A DNA stretch of 61,190 bases, from positions 1-61,190 of IMG/VR virus record IMGVR_UViG_3300009001_000002; one strand, 5' to 3'. Of the stretch, positions 17,408 to 26,686 are shown piece after piece. Positions within the stretch are counted from its first letter, which is position 1. The number at the start of each line of letters is the position of its first letter. The notes beneath the pieces are model-generated. The model was not told the DNA's origin. It searched no databases and saw nothing but the letters and a program-made list of their open reading frames with translations. This DNA is from a virus (taxonomy: Duplodnaviria > Caudoviricetes). The position numbers and the translations under genes were made by a program.

Positions 17408-17688
17408 TGCCTAGAAAACGAGATAAGCAACCTCCTAAGACAAAGAAATATTTTCGCTCTACGAAAAGTGGTGCGGGTATGACTAAAGCAGGAGTTGCTA
17501 GGTATCGTAGAGAAAATCCAGGTTCAAAATTATCGACAGCGGTTACAGAAAAGAAACCTACGGGTAAACGTGCCGCTCGAAGAAAATCTTATTGTGCTAG
17601 AAGTGCAGGTCAAATGAAAAAGTTTCCTAAAGCTGCAAAAGATCCGAATTCTAGATTACGTCAAGCGAGAAGAAGGTGGAGATGTTAA
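17407..17688 (+). CDS. Highly basic protein, DUF6321-like
   Basis: GMTKAG...NPGSKL...RRKSYCARS.GQ...DPNSR...RRWRC. Confidence 0.7.
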   Translation: MPRKRDKQPPKTKKYFRSTKSGAGMTKAGVARYRRENPGSKLSTAVTEKKPTGKRAARRKSYCARSAGQMKKFPKAAKDPNSRLRQARRRWRC

Positions 17689-17718
17689 ATAGATCTTCTT
17701 TTCCAAAACAAATAAAAA

Positions 17719-17952
17719 ATGGCAAAAAGAAAAAAACTAAAAAGAGCACCAAAAGAAAAGGGTGTTCCAAAAAAGTATCTTAGTGGAACTTCTGGTAAAT
17801 TACGTTCAAGAAGGGCTAAAGCTATTAAGAAACGAAATAAAAATTATAAGGGAGAAGGAGCACTTCCTGGCGATCTCGATTCTAAAGGAAGATATAAAGG
17901 CGGTGCTAAGAAAAGTAAACATACAGCAAAATTTAAAAGGATGTACGGTTAA
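17719..17952 (+). CDS. Highly basic small protein
   Basis: K/R-rich; VPKKYL...LPGD...KSKHTAKFKRMYG. Confidence 0.6.
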   Translation: MAKRKKLKRAPKEKGVPKKYLSGTSGKLRSRRAKAIKKRNKNYKGEGALPGDLDSKGRYKGGAKKSKHTAKFKRMYG

Positions 17953-18233
17953 TGTCTAACGTAACGAAAGCACTTCAGAATAAAGCAAAAAAGACAGGGA
18001 AGTCTGTATCTACGTTAAGAAAAATATATAATCGAGGACTAGCTGCACATCGAACTTCAGGTCATCGTACGGGTGCTTCACCACAAGCATGGGCGATGGC
18101 GAGAGTTAATTCAGCGTTAACAGGTGGAAAGGCCGCTAAGGTTGATGCTGATATTTTAAAAGGTAAGAAAAGTAAAAATAGAAAAGCAGATGGCACGAAG
18201 AAAAAAACGAAAAAGAAAGGCAAGAAAAAATAA
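17952..18233 (+). CDS. Highly basic protein, DUF5824-like
   Basis: LRKIYNRGLAA.RTSGHR.GASPQAWAMARVNS. Confidence 0.65.
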   Translation: MSNVTKALQNKAKKTGKSVSTLRKIYNRGLAAHRTSGHRTGASPQAWAMARVNSALTGGKAAKVDADILKGKKSKNRKADGTKKKTKKKGKKK

Positions 18234-18487
18234 TGGCTACTAAAATAGAAAACGAATTAGAAAAATTAAGAAAAGAAAATAAAAGATTAGATAAGGAAGT
18301 TAATAAACTTCAATCGAAAGTTTCACAGAAAGATCAATCATTAAAAGAAAAAGATTTACATATAACATTTCTAACTGATCGTTTATCGAATTGGGCGGAT
18401 AAGTTTTTTGAATTACGAACTAACTTTATAAATTTACCAATCGGAGATAAAGTTAAGCTACAGGAGAGAATGCAAGGTGGAGAATGA
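18233..18487 (+). CDS. Coiled-coil hypothetical protein
   Basis: Heptad pattern; coupled. Confidence 0.55.
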   Translation: MATKIENELEKLRKENKRLDKEVNKLQSKVSQKDQSLKEKDLHITFLTDRLSNWADKFFELRTNFINLPIGDKVKLQERMQGGE

Positions 18488-20807
18488 AGATAACAAATTA
18501 GAAGATGTACTAGAAATAGAATCAGACGGTTCTATTAACGTAGATATTTCTGAAGGTGATGAAGAAGAGGAAGAAGAGTTTGTTAATCCTTATGAGACAG
18601 ACCATTATGCAAACTTAGCTGAAGATTTAGATAAAGATAAACTAGCTGAAATTTCTTCTGATCTTTTAAATAAATTTGAAAACGATAAGTCCTCTCGAAA
18701 AGATTGGGAAGATCAGTATTCAAAAGGTTTAAAAATGCTAGGAGTTATTTCGGAAGAAAGAGATGACCCATTCCCTGGTGCTTCGGGAGTTCATAATCCT
18801 TTAATGGCGGAAGCTGCAACTCAATTCCAAGCGAGAGCAATATCTGAAATGTTTCCACCAGGTGGTCCTGTAAAAACGCAAATTATTGGAAAAGTTACAG
18901 AAGAAAGAGAGATGCAGGCTCAAAGAGTTCAAGAATTTATGAACTATCAAATTACTCAGTTAATGCCCGATTACTTTAGCGAGTTAGATCAGATGTTATT
19001 TAACTTAGCTTTAGCAGGGTCAGCGTTTAAAAAAGTTTATTATGACACTGCATCAGATCAAGTAAGTGCTAAATTCATTCCTGCGGAAGATTTAGTCGTT
19101 TCATATAGTACAACTGAATTAGATACTTCACCTCGATATACACAAATTATGAAATTAACTACTAACGATGTTAGAAAATATATGAAAAGTGGTTTTTATC
19201 GTGATATTAAATTAAGTCAAGCTTCAGATGATGGTGAAGAAAGTCAAATTCAACAAACTTTAGATGAGGTAGACGGAATTAGTCCTGGTAATAACGATCA
19301 AACAAGACAAGTTTTAGAGTTTCATGTCGATTATAACTTAGGAAATGATGAAGATGACTTAGAATTACCTTACGTTATTACGATAGACCGCTCTTCACAG
19401 CAAATTTTAGCGATTAGACGCAATTGGAAAGAAGATAATAAGCTACAAAACAAGAGAGTTTACTTTATACACTATAAATATTTACCGGGTTTAGGCTTTT
19501 ACGGCTTCGGTTTAATACACATGATCGGTGGATTACAACATGCAAGCACGGGGGCTCTTAGAGCGTTACTAGATAGTGCTGCATTTGCAAATTTAAATGG
19601 TGGATTTAAAGCGAAAGGTGCTCGAATTGAAGGTGGAGACATAACAGTATCACCTGGTGAGTGGGTTGAAGTCGAAGCTTACGGCGATGACTTGAGAAAA
19701 TCGTTTATTCCACTTCCATTTAAAGAGCCATCACCTACTTTGATGCAGTTATTAGGAATTTTAACTGAATCTGGACGTAGATTTACTTCAATTGCTGATG
19801 CTATGGTCGGAGATGCAGCTTCATCTGCTCCTGTAGGAAGTATTGTAGCACAAATCGAGCAAGGATCAAAAGTATTTAGTGCGATTCATAAAAGATTACA
19901 CATGGCGCAGGGAAAAGAACTTAAATTAATCGGAGAATTGAACGGAGAATTCCTAGATAACGAATATCCTTACGAAATTATCGGTGATGAGAAGATGGTT
20001 AGACGAAGAGATTTCGATGGACGTGTTGATATTATCCCTGTATCAGATCCAAACATTTTTTCAGCTGCACAAAGAATAGCAATGGCGCAAACTGAACTTC
20101 AATTAGCACAATCTGCTCCTCAAATTATTAATGTACGTAAAGCTTATGAACGATTAGTGCGTGCTTTAAATATTCCAGAGCCCGAAGAACTATTACTTGA
20201 AGAAATGGAACCAAAAAGATTGGATCCTGTTTCAGAAAATATGGCAGTATTAAATGGAAAACCTATAAATGCGTTTATGGATCAAAATCACACTGCTCAC
20301 TTAGCTGTTCATCAACAATTTTTAGCTGATCCACGATTTGGTGGAAACAAACAAGCACAACAAGCTATCTTAGGTCCTATGTTAGCACACATGGCGGAAC
20401 ATTTAGCGTATCAATATAAGATGACAGTACAAAGTATAGGTCAACAAGCAGGAATGCCGATACAAATTCCTAATATAGACTTTAAAGATAAAGATAGTGA
20501 TCAAGAAGAATTATCTCCAGAAGCAGAAAACGCTTTAGCACAGTTTGAAGCACAAACAGCTCAACTTCTAGCTCAAAGTCAACCTCCAAGTGAAGAGGAA
20601 GTTAAACAGCAACAACAAAATCAAAAAGATCAAGCTGAACTTCAATTAAAAGCGAAAGAAATGCAGATAAGAGAAGCTAGGTTTGTAGAAGGCGTGAAGA
20701 AAGATGAAAAAGTTCAGGATAGACTTGAAAGAGAATCAAAATTAAAAGCACTAGATACAGCTATGAAAATGGCGGAAAGGAAAGATGCTGCAAAAAAAGA
20801 GTCTTAG
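18477..20807 (+). CDS. Portal protein
   Basis: 776 aa after terL; PFPGASGVH.PL.AEA..QFQA, GSAFKKVYYD, GFYGFGLIH; Q-rich barrel tail as in P22-type portals. Confidence 0.88.
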   Translation: MENEDNKLEDVLEIESDGSINVDISEGDEEEEEEFVNPYETDHYANLAEDLDKDKLAEISSDLLNKFENDKSSRKDWEDQYSKGLKMLGVISEERDDPFPGASGVHNPLMAEAATQFQARAISEMFPPGGPVKTQIIGKVTEEREMQAQRVQEFMNYQITQLMPDYFSELDQMLFNLALAGSAFKKVYYDTASDQVSAKFIPAEDLVVSYSTTELDTSPRYTQIMKLTTNDVRKYMKSGFYRDIKLSQASDDGEESQIQQTLDEVDGISPGNNDQTRQVLEFHVDYNLGNDEDDLELPYVITIDRSSQQILAIRRNWKEDNKLQNKRVYFIHYKYLPGLGFYGFGLIHMIGGLQHASTGALRALLDSAAFANLNGGFKAKGARIEGGDITVSPGEWVEVEAYGDDLRKSFIPLPFKEPSPTLMQLLGILTESGRRFTSIADAMVGDAASSAPVGSIVAQIEQGSKVFSAIHKRLHMAQGKELKLIGELNGEFLDNEYPYEIIGDEKMVRRRDFDGRVDIIPVSDPNIFSAAQRIAMAQTELQLAQSAPQIINVRKAYERLVRALNIPEPEELLLEEMEPKRLDPVSENMAVLNGKPINAFMDQNHTAHLAVHQQFLADPRFGGNKQAQQAILGPMLAHMAEHLAYQYKMTVQSIGQQAGMPIQIPNIDFKDKDSDQEELSPEAENALAQFEAQTAQLLAQSQPPSEEEVKQQQQNQKDQAELQLKAKEMQIREARFVEGVKKDEKVQDRLERESKLKALDTAMKMAERKDAAKKES

Positions 20808-21006
20808 GCCAACCGGGGAAGAAATAAGACAAGCTAAAAAATTTCTTCAAAATAAAAAAATAAAAACTCAAGTAATAAAGCCTAACTTATTTGCGATGGC
20901 TTCAAAAGAAGTAAATAAAAATTACGATCAAACACTACAATCTATTTTAGAGGTACTACATGTTAAAACTAACGGAAGCAATTCTAGAGGAAATAAAAAA
21001 ACTTAG
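20785..21006 (+). CDS. Hypothetical protein
   Basis: Overlapping ORF in the head operon. Confidence 0.45.
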   Translation: MLQKKSLRPTGEEIRQAKKFLQNKKIKTQVIKPNLFAMASKEVNKNYDQTLQSILEVLHVKTNGSNSRGNKKT

Positions 21007-21163
21007 AAAAGATTTATCTGAACGAACTGTTAATCCAGGATTTGATACTCACGAACAATATATCAAAACTATTGGAATAGTTCATGGTTTAGATAGAGCC
21101 AGAGATATTATTAAAGATATTTCTGAACGATATATGAAAGGAGATATACTCGAAGATGAGTAA
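20960..21163 (+). CDS. Hypothetical protein
   Basis: GAGGT RBS; Y...G...GL motif typical of the gene before phage GroES. Confidence 0.6.
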   Translation: MLKLTEAILEEIKKLRKDLSERTVNPGFDTHEQYIKTIGIVHGLDRARDIIKDISERYMKGDILEDE

Positions 21164-21533
21164 TATTGTAATGAATAATGATTGGCACACTGATAGTGAT
21201 GTTGCCGATCCAAAAGAACTACCAATCCCATGTGGATATCGAATACTTATTCGACCAATCGCACCGATTAAAAAAACGAAAGGTGGAATTATCTTAACAG
21301 ATAAAGCTGTAGAAGATCAAGCTTATCTTAATAGCAAAGGAAGAGTTGTTGCTATGGGAGATGAATGTTACGATAAAAGCCAAAAACCGTGGTGTACAAT
21401 TGGCGACTATGTTGTATATGGTAGATACGCAGGAAGTAAGATTGACGTAGGTGGCGTTAAGATGCTCTTGTTAAACGATGATGAGATATTAGCAGTTTTA
21501 TCAAACCCTGATATCTTAACAACTAAAGTATAG
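21156..21533 (+). CDS. groES: Co-chaperonin GroES-like protein
   Basis: P.GYRILIRP...KTKGGIIL...G.VVAMG...GDYV...YAG...LLNDDEILA. Confidence 0.85.
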   Translation: MSNIVMNNDWHTDSDVADPKELPIPCGYRILIRPIAPIKKTKGGIILTDKAVEDQAYLNSKGRVVAMGDECYDKSQKPWCTIGDYVVYGRYAGSKIDVGGVKMLLLNDDEILAVLSNPDILTTKV

Positions 21534-21574
21534 ACACGTGGCGCACAACCACGCAATACATGGGAGGTTAAACC

Positions 21575-22528
21575 ATGATAGACGAAGAACTAAAGGAAGT
21601 TGAGGTAACTCTTGACGAAGAAAAAGAAGAACAAACAAATCAAAATCCAATTGAAGAAGCAATCAATGCGCAACAGTTGGATAATGAAGGAGATTCTTCT
21701 GAGAATGCAGAATCAGAAAAGCCTGAATTAGAAGTTGAACTTTCTAATCTTAAATCTGAATTAGAAGAAATTAAAAAAGAGCCTTACTCGGAAAGAGTAA
21801 AAAAACGTATCGCAAAAGAAGTTGCTAAGACTAGAGCGGCAGCTGAAAAAGCAAAAATGCTTGAAGAACGTTTAGCTAAAATTGAATCTTCTATGGCAGA
21901 AAAAGAACAAGAAGAAAAAGAAGTTCAATATAAAACAGTAGCACAACAATTAAGAGAAGCTATTGAATCAGGTGAAACTGATAAACAAGTGGAATTAATG
22001 GAAGCAATGTCGGATTTAAGACAAAGAAAATCTAACGTTCAACCTGAGAAACCAGTTGAAAATACTAATAACGTTGAAGATAGAATTAATTCTCTTCCAG
22101 AATTAGCAAAAGATTGGATTGCTAAAAACTCTGGCTGGTGGAATAAACCAGAGCATAGAGATGCTACTACTTTATCTTTTGGCATTGATAATCAATTAGT
22201 AGAAGAAGGATATGATGTAAATGATCCTGAATACTATCAAGAACTTGATAAAAGAATGTCAAAGTATTTTCCTGACTTAATAAATCCGCAACAAACAGCA
22301 GATAAAAACACTTCACAAGATGATAAAAAGATTGTATCTTTAGAACAGAAGAGAGTGCAATCGCCAGTTGCAGGTGTTTCTCGATCTACATCGGGTTCTG
22401 CTAAGAGCGTTAAGCTATCTGCTGATGATTTAGCAAATGCTAGAAAATTTGGAATAGATATTAGCGATCCAGCGGCACTGAAAAGATACGCAAGAGAACT
22501 TGCTAGTCTTTCAATACAGGACAAATAG
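21575..22528 (+). CDS. Capsid scaffolding protein (putative)
   Basis: Acidic coiled coil, YSERVKKRI, EYYQELDKRM; position before the capsid genes. Confidence 0.65.
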   Translation: MIDEELKEVEVTLDEEKEEQTNQNPIEEAINAQQLDNEGDSSENAESEKPELEVELSNLKSELEEIKKEPYSERVKKRIAKEVAKTRAAAEKAKMLEERLAKIESSMAEKEQEEKEVQYKTVAQQLREAIESGETDKQVELMEAMSDLRQRKSNVQPEKPVENTNNVEDRINSLPELAKDWIAKNSGWWNKPEHRDATTLSFGIDNQLVEEGYDVNDPEYYQELDKRMSKYFPDLINPQQTADKNTSQDDKKIVSLEQKRVQSPVAGVSRSTSGSAKSVKLSADDLANARKFGIDISDPAALKRYARELASLSIQDK

Positions 22529-22543
22529 AAAAGGAGCCTGATA

Positions 22544-22975
22544 ATGACAACTAAAGAAACACGAGATGAGTACACTCGTAAAAAGACTTGGAAACCGCCA
22601 TCATTGTTAGAGGCGCCACCAGCGAGGCCAGGATATAAGCAACGTTGGGTAGCGACTAGCATTTTAGGTCAAGATAACCCAACTAATTGGGCGAAACGAA
22701 TGAGAGAAGGTTGGCAACCAAGAGATCCGAAGACAGTGTCTAAAGATTTTGCGGTAGCTACTATTGAACATGGAAAGTTCGCCGGTTACATTGGCGTTGA
22801 AGGAATGGTTCTCTGTGAAATGCCAGAGGAATTGATTTCGCAGCGTAATGAATATTATGCAAACAAAACACGAAATCAAGAACTTGCAGTCGAGCATGAC
22901 TTACATAGATCAGAACAACCAGGTAATCCTATCCAACGAGAACATAGATCTAAAACGACAGTAGGTGGTGAGTAA
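22544..22975 (+). CDS. Conserved head-module protein
   Basis: WKPPSLLEAP.A.PGY..RW...REGW. Confidence 0.6.
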   Translation: MTTKETRDEYTRKKTWKPPSLLEAPPARPGYKQRWVATSILGQDNPTNWAKRMREGWQPRDPKTVSKDFAVATIEHGKFAGYIGVEGMVLCEMPEELISQRNEYYANKTRNQELAVEHDLHRSEQPGNPIQREHRSKTTVGGE

Positions 22976-23007
22976 GGCAATGGCAATTTTAAGGAGGTAA
23001 ATATAAA

Positions 23008-23577
23008 ATGGCTAACGCAGACACACCTAATGGTTTCGTGCCTAAAAGACACTTAACCGGCGGCGTAATCAGAGCCAATGAATACCTAATTGCGAATGGC
23101 AAAGCTGCAAATTTCTTTTCTGGCGATATCGTAGATCTCGGATCAGATGGATATTTAGACACTTTTGCTAATACTGAAAAAGCAATTGGAGTATTTTACG
23201 GCGTTGAATATGTCGATGAAAGTACAGGTGACGTGAAGTTTGTAAAAAAATGGACTTCCGGCACAACAGTAAAAGCTAACACAGAAGTGAAAGCTTATGT
23301 TTATGACGACCCAATGATTACTTACACAGTACAGGCCGGTAACGGTTCTATTGCTCAAGCTAACATTGGTGAGACAGCAAACGTTCTATTAACAGCAGGT
23401 AATTCTACTTACGGTTATTCACAACAAGAATTAGATAACGATACTCTAGCAGCAACTTCACTTGTTCTTAGAGTTCTAAGAAAAGTAGAAGAGCCTGATA
23501 ATGATTTCGGTGAGAATGCTAAAGTTGAAGTAGTTATCAACCAGCACAGATTATCGACTCAAGGCGCAGGAGTATAA
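23008..23577 (+). CDS. Capsid decoration/minor head protein (putative)
   Basis: MAN.D.P.GF.P...GVF.GVEY.D...V.DDP; directly before the major capsid gene. Confidence 0.6.
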   Translation: MANADTPNGFVPKRHLTGGVIRANEYLIANGKAANFFSGDIVDLGSDGYLDTFANTEKAIGVFYGVEYVDESTGDVKFVKKWTSGTTVKANTEVKAYVYDDPMITYTVQAGNGSIAQANIGETANVLLTAGNSTYGYSQQELDNDTLAATSLVLRVLRKVEEPDNDFGENAKVEVVINQHRLSTQGAGV

Positions 23578-23583
23578 TAAGTT

Positions 23584-24492
23584 ATGGCATTAAATAGATC
23601 TTTATTTACAAAACAGCTTAACTTAGGCCTCAACACTATTTTTGGTATGGAATACGACCGTTACCCAGAACAGTGGAGAGAAATATTCTCTGTTGAGCAA
23701 TCACAAAAGGCTTTTGAAGAAGATGTACAGATGATTGGTTTCGGTGCAGCTCCTACTAAAGCAGAAGGCGCAGCCATCTCTTACGAATCAGGAAGAGAAG
23801 GTATTGTAGCAAGATATACCCACGAGACAATCGCATTAGCATTCTCAATTACTGAGGAAGCTGAAGAAGATGGTCTTTACGGTTCACTTGGTGCAAAATA
23901 CGCTAGAGCTTTAGCAAGATCAATGCAGCACACAAAAGAAATCAAAGGTGCTAACATCTTAAACAATGGCTTTAACACAGTAGTCGGTGGTGACGGAGTA
24001 AGCATGCTTAATGCATCTCACCCACTTGGCGGTGGCGGAACAGCTTCAAACATTCTCGCAACTGCAGCTGACTTATCAGAAACATCTCTAGAGACAATGT
24101 TAATTCAGATTTCTGAAATGACAGATGACAGAGGTATTCCTGTTGCAGCTACAGGTCAGAAATTGATCGTTCCACCAGAGTTAATGTTTATTGCTGAAAG
24201 AATCATTAACAGTAATTTAAGACCAGGGACAGCTGACAACGATCTTAACGCTATGAAATCTATGGGCATGATCCCAGGTGGCGTAGCAGTTAATCAACGT
24301 TTAACTGATCCAGATGCGTTCTTCTTAATGACAGACGTGCCAGATGGTATGAAGCATTTCGTAAGACGTTCTCTTAAAAAAGCTGTTGAAGGTGATTTTG
24401 AGACAGGGAACTTACGCTACAAAGTATCAGAAAGATACTCTTTCGGTTTTACCGATTGGAGAGGTGTCTTCGGTACTCCAGGCGCAGCCTAA
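23584..24492 (+). CDS. Major capsid protein (Mu gpT-like, HK97 fold)
   Basis: GLNTIFGMEY...FEED...K.EG..I.Y...HETIALAFSITEEA.ED.LY...ERYSFG.TDWRG.FG. Confidence 0.88.
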   Translation: MALNRSLFTKQLNLGLNTIFGMEYDRYPEQWREIFSVEQSQKAFEEDVQMIGFGAAPTKAEGAAISYESGREGIVARYTHETIALAFSITEEAEEDGLYGSLGAKYARALARSMQHTKEIKGANILNNGFNTVVGGDGVSMLNASHPLGGGGTASNILATAADLSETSLETMLIQISEMTDDRGIPVAATGQKLIVPPELMFIAERIINSNLRPGTADNDLNAMKSMGMIPGGVAVNQRLTDPDAFFLMTDVPDGMKHFVRRSLKKAVEGDFETGNLRYKVSERYSFGFTDWRGVFGTPGAA

Positions 24493-24505
24493 TAATTAAA
24501 AAACT

Positions 24506-24533
24506 AAGAGAGGGTGTTATCGCCCTCTCTTTC
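24506..24533 (+). terminator. Hairpin after the capsid gene (probable leaky terminator)
   Basis: AAGAGAGGGTG-TTAT-CGCCCTCTCTT. Confidence 0.65.
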
Positions 24534-24544
24534 TCAACGTAACA

Positions 24545-24600
24545 AGTTACATAAACTGAGTTGAGCGGACGGTATAGAGATTATGTAACTAGGTCTATAC
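24545..24600 (+). ncRNA. Pseudoknotted RNA element downstream of the capsid gene (candidate Mu-gpT-DE motif)
   Basis: AGTTACATAA/TTATGTAACT stem plus loop GTATAGA pairing with TCTATAC just before an AAGGAGG RBS. Confidence 0.55.
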
Positions 24601-24615
24601 ACCAAGGAGGTTAAT

Positions 24616-24843
24616 ATGGCTAACACTACTTTTTCGGGACCAGTTATTTCAAATAACGGTTTTACAGCTACAGCAATTCTTTTTGCAGATTTGCCAACAG
24701 CTTCAGAAAATACAGGTCGTATCTTATTTGTATCAGATGCATTAAAAGCTTCTGAAACAGCAGGTAACGGTACAGGAAACTTAGTTTTTTCTGACGGTTC
24801 GAACTGGATTAGAGTAGATACTGGCGCAACTGCTGGTGACTAA
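24616..24843 (+). CDS. Small virion protein (head-fibre-like)
   Basis: MANTTFSGPV.S.NGF; G.LVFSDGSNW. Confidence 0.6.
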   Translation: MANTTFSGPVISNNGFTATAILFADLPTASENTGRILFVSDALKASETAGNGTGNLVFSDGSNWIRVDTGATAGD

Positions 24844-24848
24844 TTAAT

Positions 24849-24876
24849 ATAGGGCCTGTTAAAGGCCCTATTTATT
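24849..24876 (+). terminator. Rho-independent terminator
   Basis: ATAGGGCCT-GTTAA-AGGCCCTAT followed by a T-rich tail. Confidence 0.7.
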
Positions 24877-24894
24877 GTATATAGTTGTGAAATC

Positions 24895-25359
24895 ATGTCA
24901 AGTTATATAGATCAATTCATTTATGATCCAAATAGAGATACTCAAAGAACATTTGAAGAAGCTCAAGCAGAATTAAAAAGTAATAAAGCTTATTCAGTTG
25001 AAGAAGAAAAATTAGACGTAGATTTAGAAAACGAAGATACTGAAAAAGATAATGAAAAAGTTGATGAAGCTTTAGAAAAAGCTGAAAAGAAAACCGATGA
25101 AGCTGTATCTCAATTAGCTAAATATGCTGATGCTTATAAAAAAATAGCTTCTTCTTCCTCTGCTACAAAACCAATTACAGGGCAAAATTTAATGGGAACA
25201 CCTAGTTCAATGGGAGCGTTTGGACCAATGAGTCAAGTACAACAATCTACTAGTCCTTATTTTGCAAGTCAAGGAGTTTTGTCAGCTGCCAAAATGAAAG
25301 AACTAGATTCAAAAATAGCTACATTAAGAAAAATTTTACAAGGAGGTGTCAATGTCTAG
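24895..25359 (+). CDS. Hypothetical protein
   Basis: Long ORF in the structural module. Confidence 0.55.
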   Translation: MSSYIDQFIYDPNRDTQRTFEEAQAELKSNKAYSVEEEKLDVDLENEDTEKDNEKVDEALEKAEKKTDEAVSQLAKYADAYKKIASSSSATKPITGQNLMGTPSSMGAFGPMSQVQQSTSPYFASQGVLSAAKMKELDSKIATLRKILQGGVNV

Positions 25360-25639
25360 TTCAGATATTTTCGCTAAAAGCACTACAACAACAGGAAGTG
25401 ATGTTACTTTATTCGCTGGCCCAATAAGAATAAAAGGATTCATTATAACTCCTACGGGCTCAGCAGGTACTGTTACTTTTAAAGATGGTAGTACTACACT
25501 ATTCGCACTAAGCACAGCTGCATCTGCATCATCTGGTCCAGTTCAGATTTCATTACCATCTGAAGGTATCAAATGTTCAACTAATGCTACTGTAAACTTA
25601 ACTGCAGGTGTATCAGCGATAACAGTATTTATGGCGTAA
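25346..25639 (+). CDS. Small beta-rich virion protein
   Basis: S/T/G-rich; GGAGG RBS before Met 25352. Confidence 0.55.
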   Translation: MSMSSSDIFAKSTTTTGSDVTLFAGPIRIKGFIITPTGSAGTVTFKDGSTTLFALSTAASASSGPVQISLPSEGIKCSTNATVNLTAGVSAITVFMA

Positions 25640-26322
25640 TGGCAACATCAGGAACAGCTACGTTTAATCTAACGGTTAATGATGCGATTCAAGAAGCTTT
25701 AGATCGTATCGGAGGCGATCCCGTTTTAGGTTATGATATACGTTCAGCGAAACGTAGTCTTAATGTTATGTTTGCTGATTGGGCAAATCGTGGTGTTAAT
25801 CAATGGACACTTGAAAAGAAAACAGTAACTGTAACACAGAACACTCCTACTTATACTTTAGATTCCGACACTGTTGATATCGTAGATATGTATGTTACTA
25901 GAAGTAGTACTGATTATAGCGTAGAGCGTATTAGTTTAACTGATTATAACGCTTATCCTAATAAATTAACGACAGGGAGAGCAACTCAATTTTATTTACA
26001 AAAAGATAGAACGCCTGAATTATATATCTATCCAACACCTGATAATTCTACTGATGTTATTACTTATTGGAGAATAAGAAAAATACAAGATATTACAGCA
26101 CTTAGTGCGAGTGGAAGTGAACAAGATATTGATATTCCTTTTCGATTTTATGAATGTATGGTTGCTGGTTTAGCTTATTATATGGGAATGAAAAGACCGA
26201 ACATAGATTTAAATAAATTATCGTATTTAAAAGCTGAATACGAAACTGCATTTACGAGAGCGAAAGACGCAGATTTAAACGAAACATTTAGAATAGTTCC
26301 AGGTTATCGAAGTGGCTTTTAA
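25639..26322 (+). CDS. Head-tail adaptor / tail tubular protein (putative)
   Basis: MATSGT..F...SAKRSLN.MFADWANRG.N.W...YPTPD...AGLAYY. Confidence 0.65.
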   Translation: MATSGTATFNLTVNDAIQEALDRIGGDPVLGYDIRSAKRSLNVMFADWANRGVNQWTLEKKTVTVTQNTPTYTLDSDTVDIVDMYVTRSSTDYSVERISLTDYNAYPNKLTTGRATQFYLQKDRTPELYIYPTPDNSTDVITYWRIRKIQDITALSASGSEQDIDIPFRFYECMVAGLAYYMGMKRPNIDLNKLSYLKAEYETAFTRAKDADLNETFRIVPGYRSGF

Positions 26323-26686
26323 TAAACGTGGACCGACTAAAGCACCATCTTTTCCTTTTGCTAGAGGAAAATATGCTAGAGCAATTTCAGATCGTTCAGG
26401 ATTAGAATTTCCTTATTTAGAAATGGTTCGTGAATGGAACGGACTACTAGTTCACACTAGCGAGTATGAACCAAAACAACCACAACTCGATCCCATAGTT
26501 TTTAGTGATCCAGAAGCACTAAAGAATGCCAGACCTCAGGCTCCTCTTTCAGCTACAGGAGGCGTACCTAATCAATTATCAGTAATCTATCCGGGCACTT
26601 TTGGAGACACAGGACAAGAAGTAGGAGTAGCTACCGGAAACCAAACAGAATTGGAGTTAGGAAATGTCTCAGTCGTCATCAGCTAA
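26312..26686 (+). CDS. Conserved structural-module protein
   Basis: GKYA.AISDRSG..FPY..M..EWNG...EPKQPQL. Confidence 0.6.
   Translation: MAFNKRGPTKAPSFPFARGKYARAISDRSGLEFPYLEMVREWNGLLVHTSEYEPKQPQLDPIVFSDPEALKNARPQAPLSATGGVPNQLSVIYPGTFGDTGQEVGVATGNQTELELGNVSVVIS

Noticed and set aside
24555-24582. Hammerhead ribozyme (CTGAG...GAGA)
   Set aside because: The CUGANGA and GAAA core and the three-stem junction are not matched
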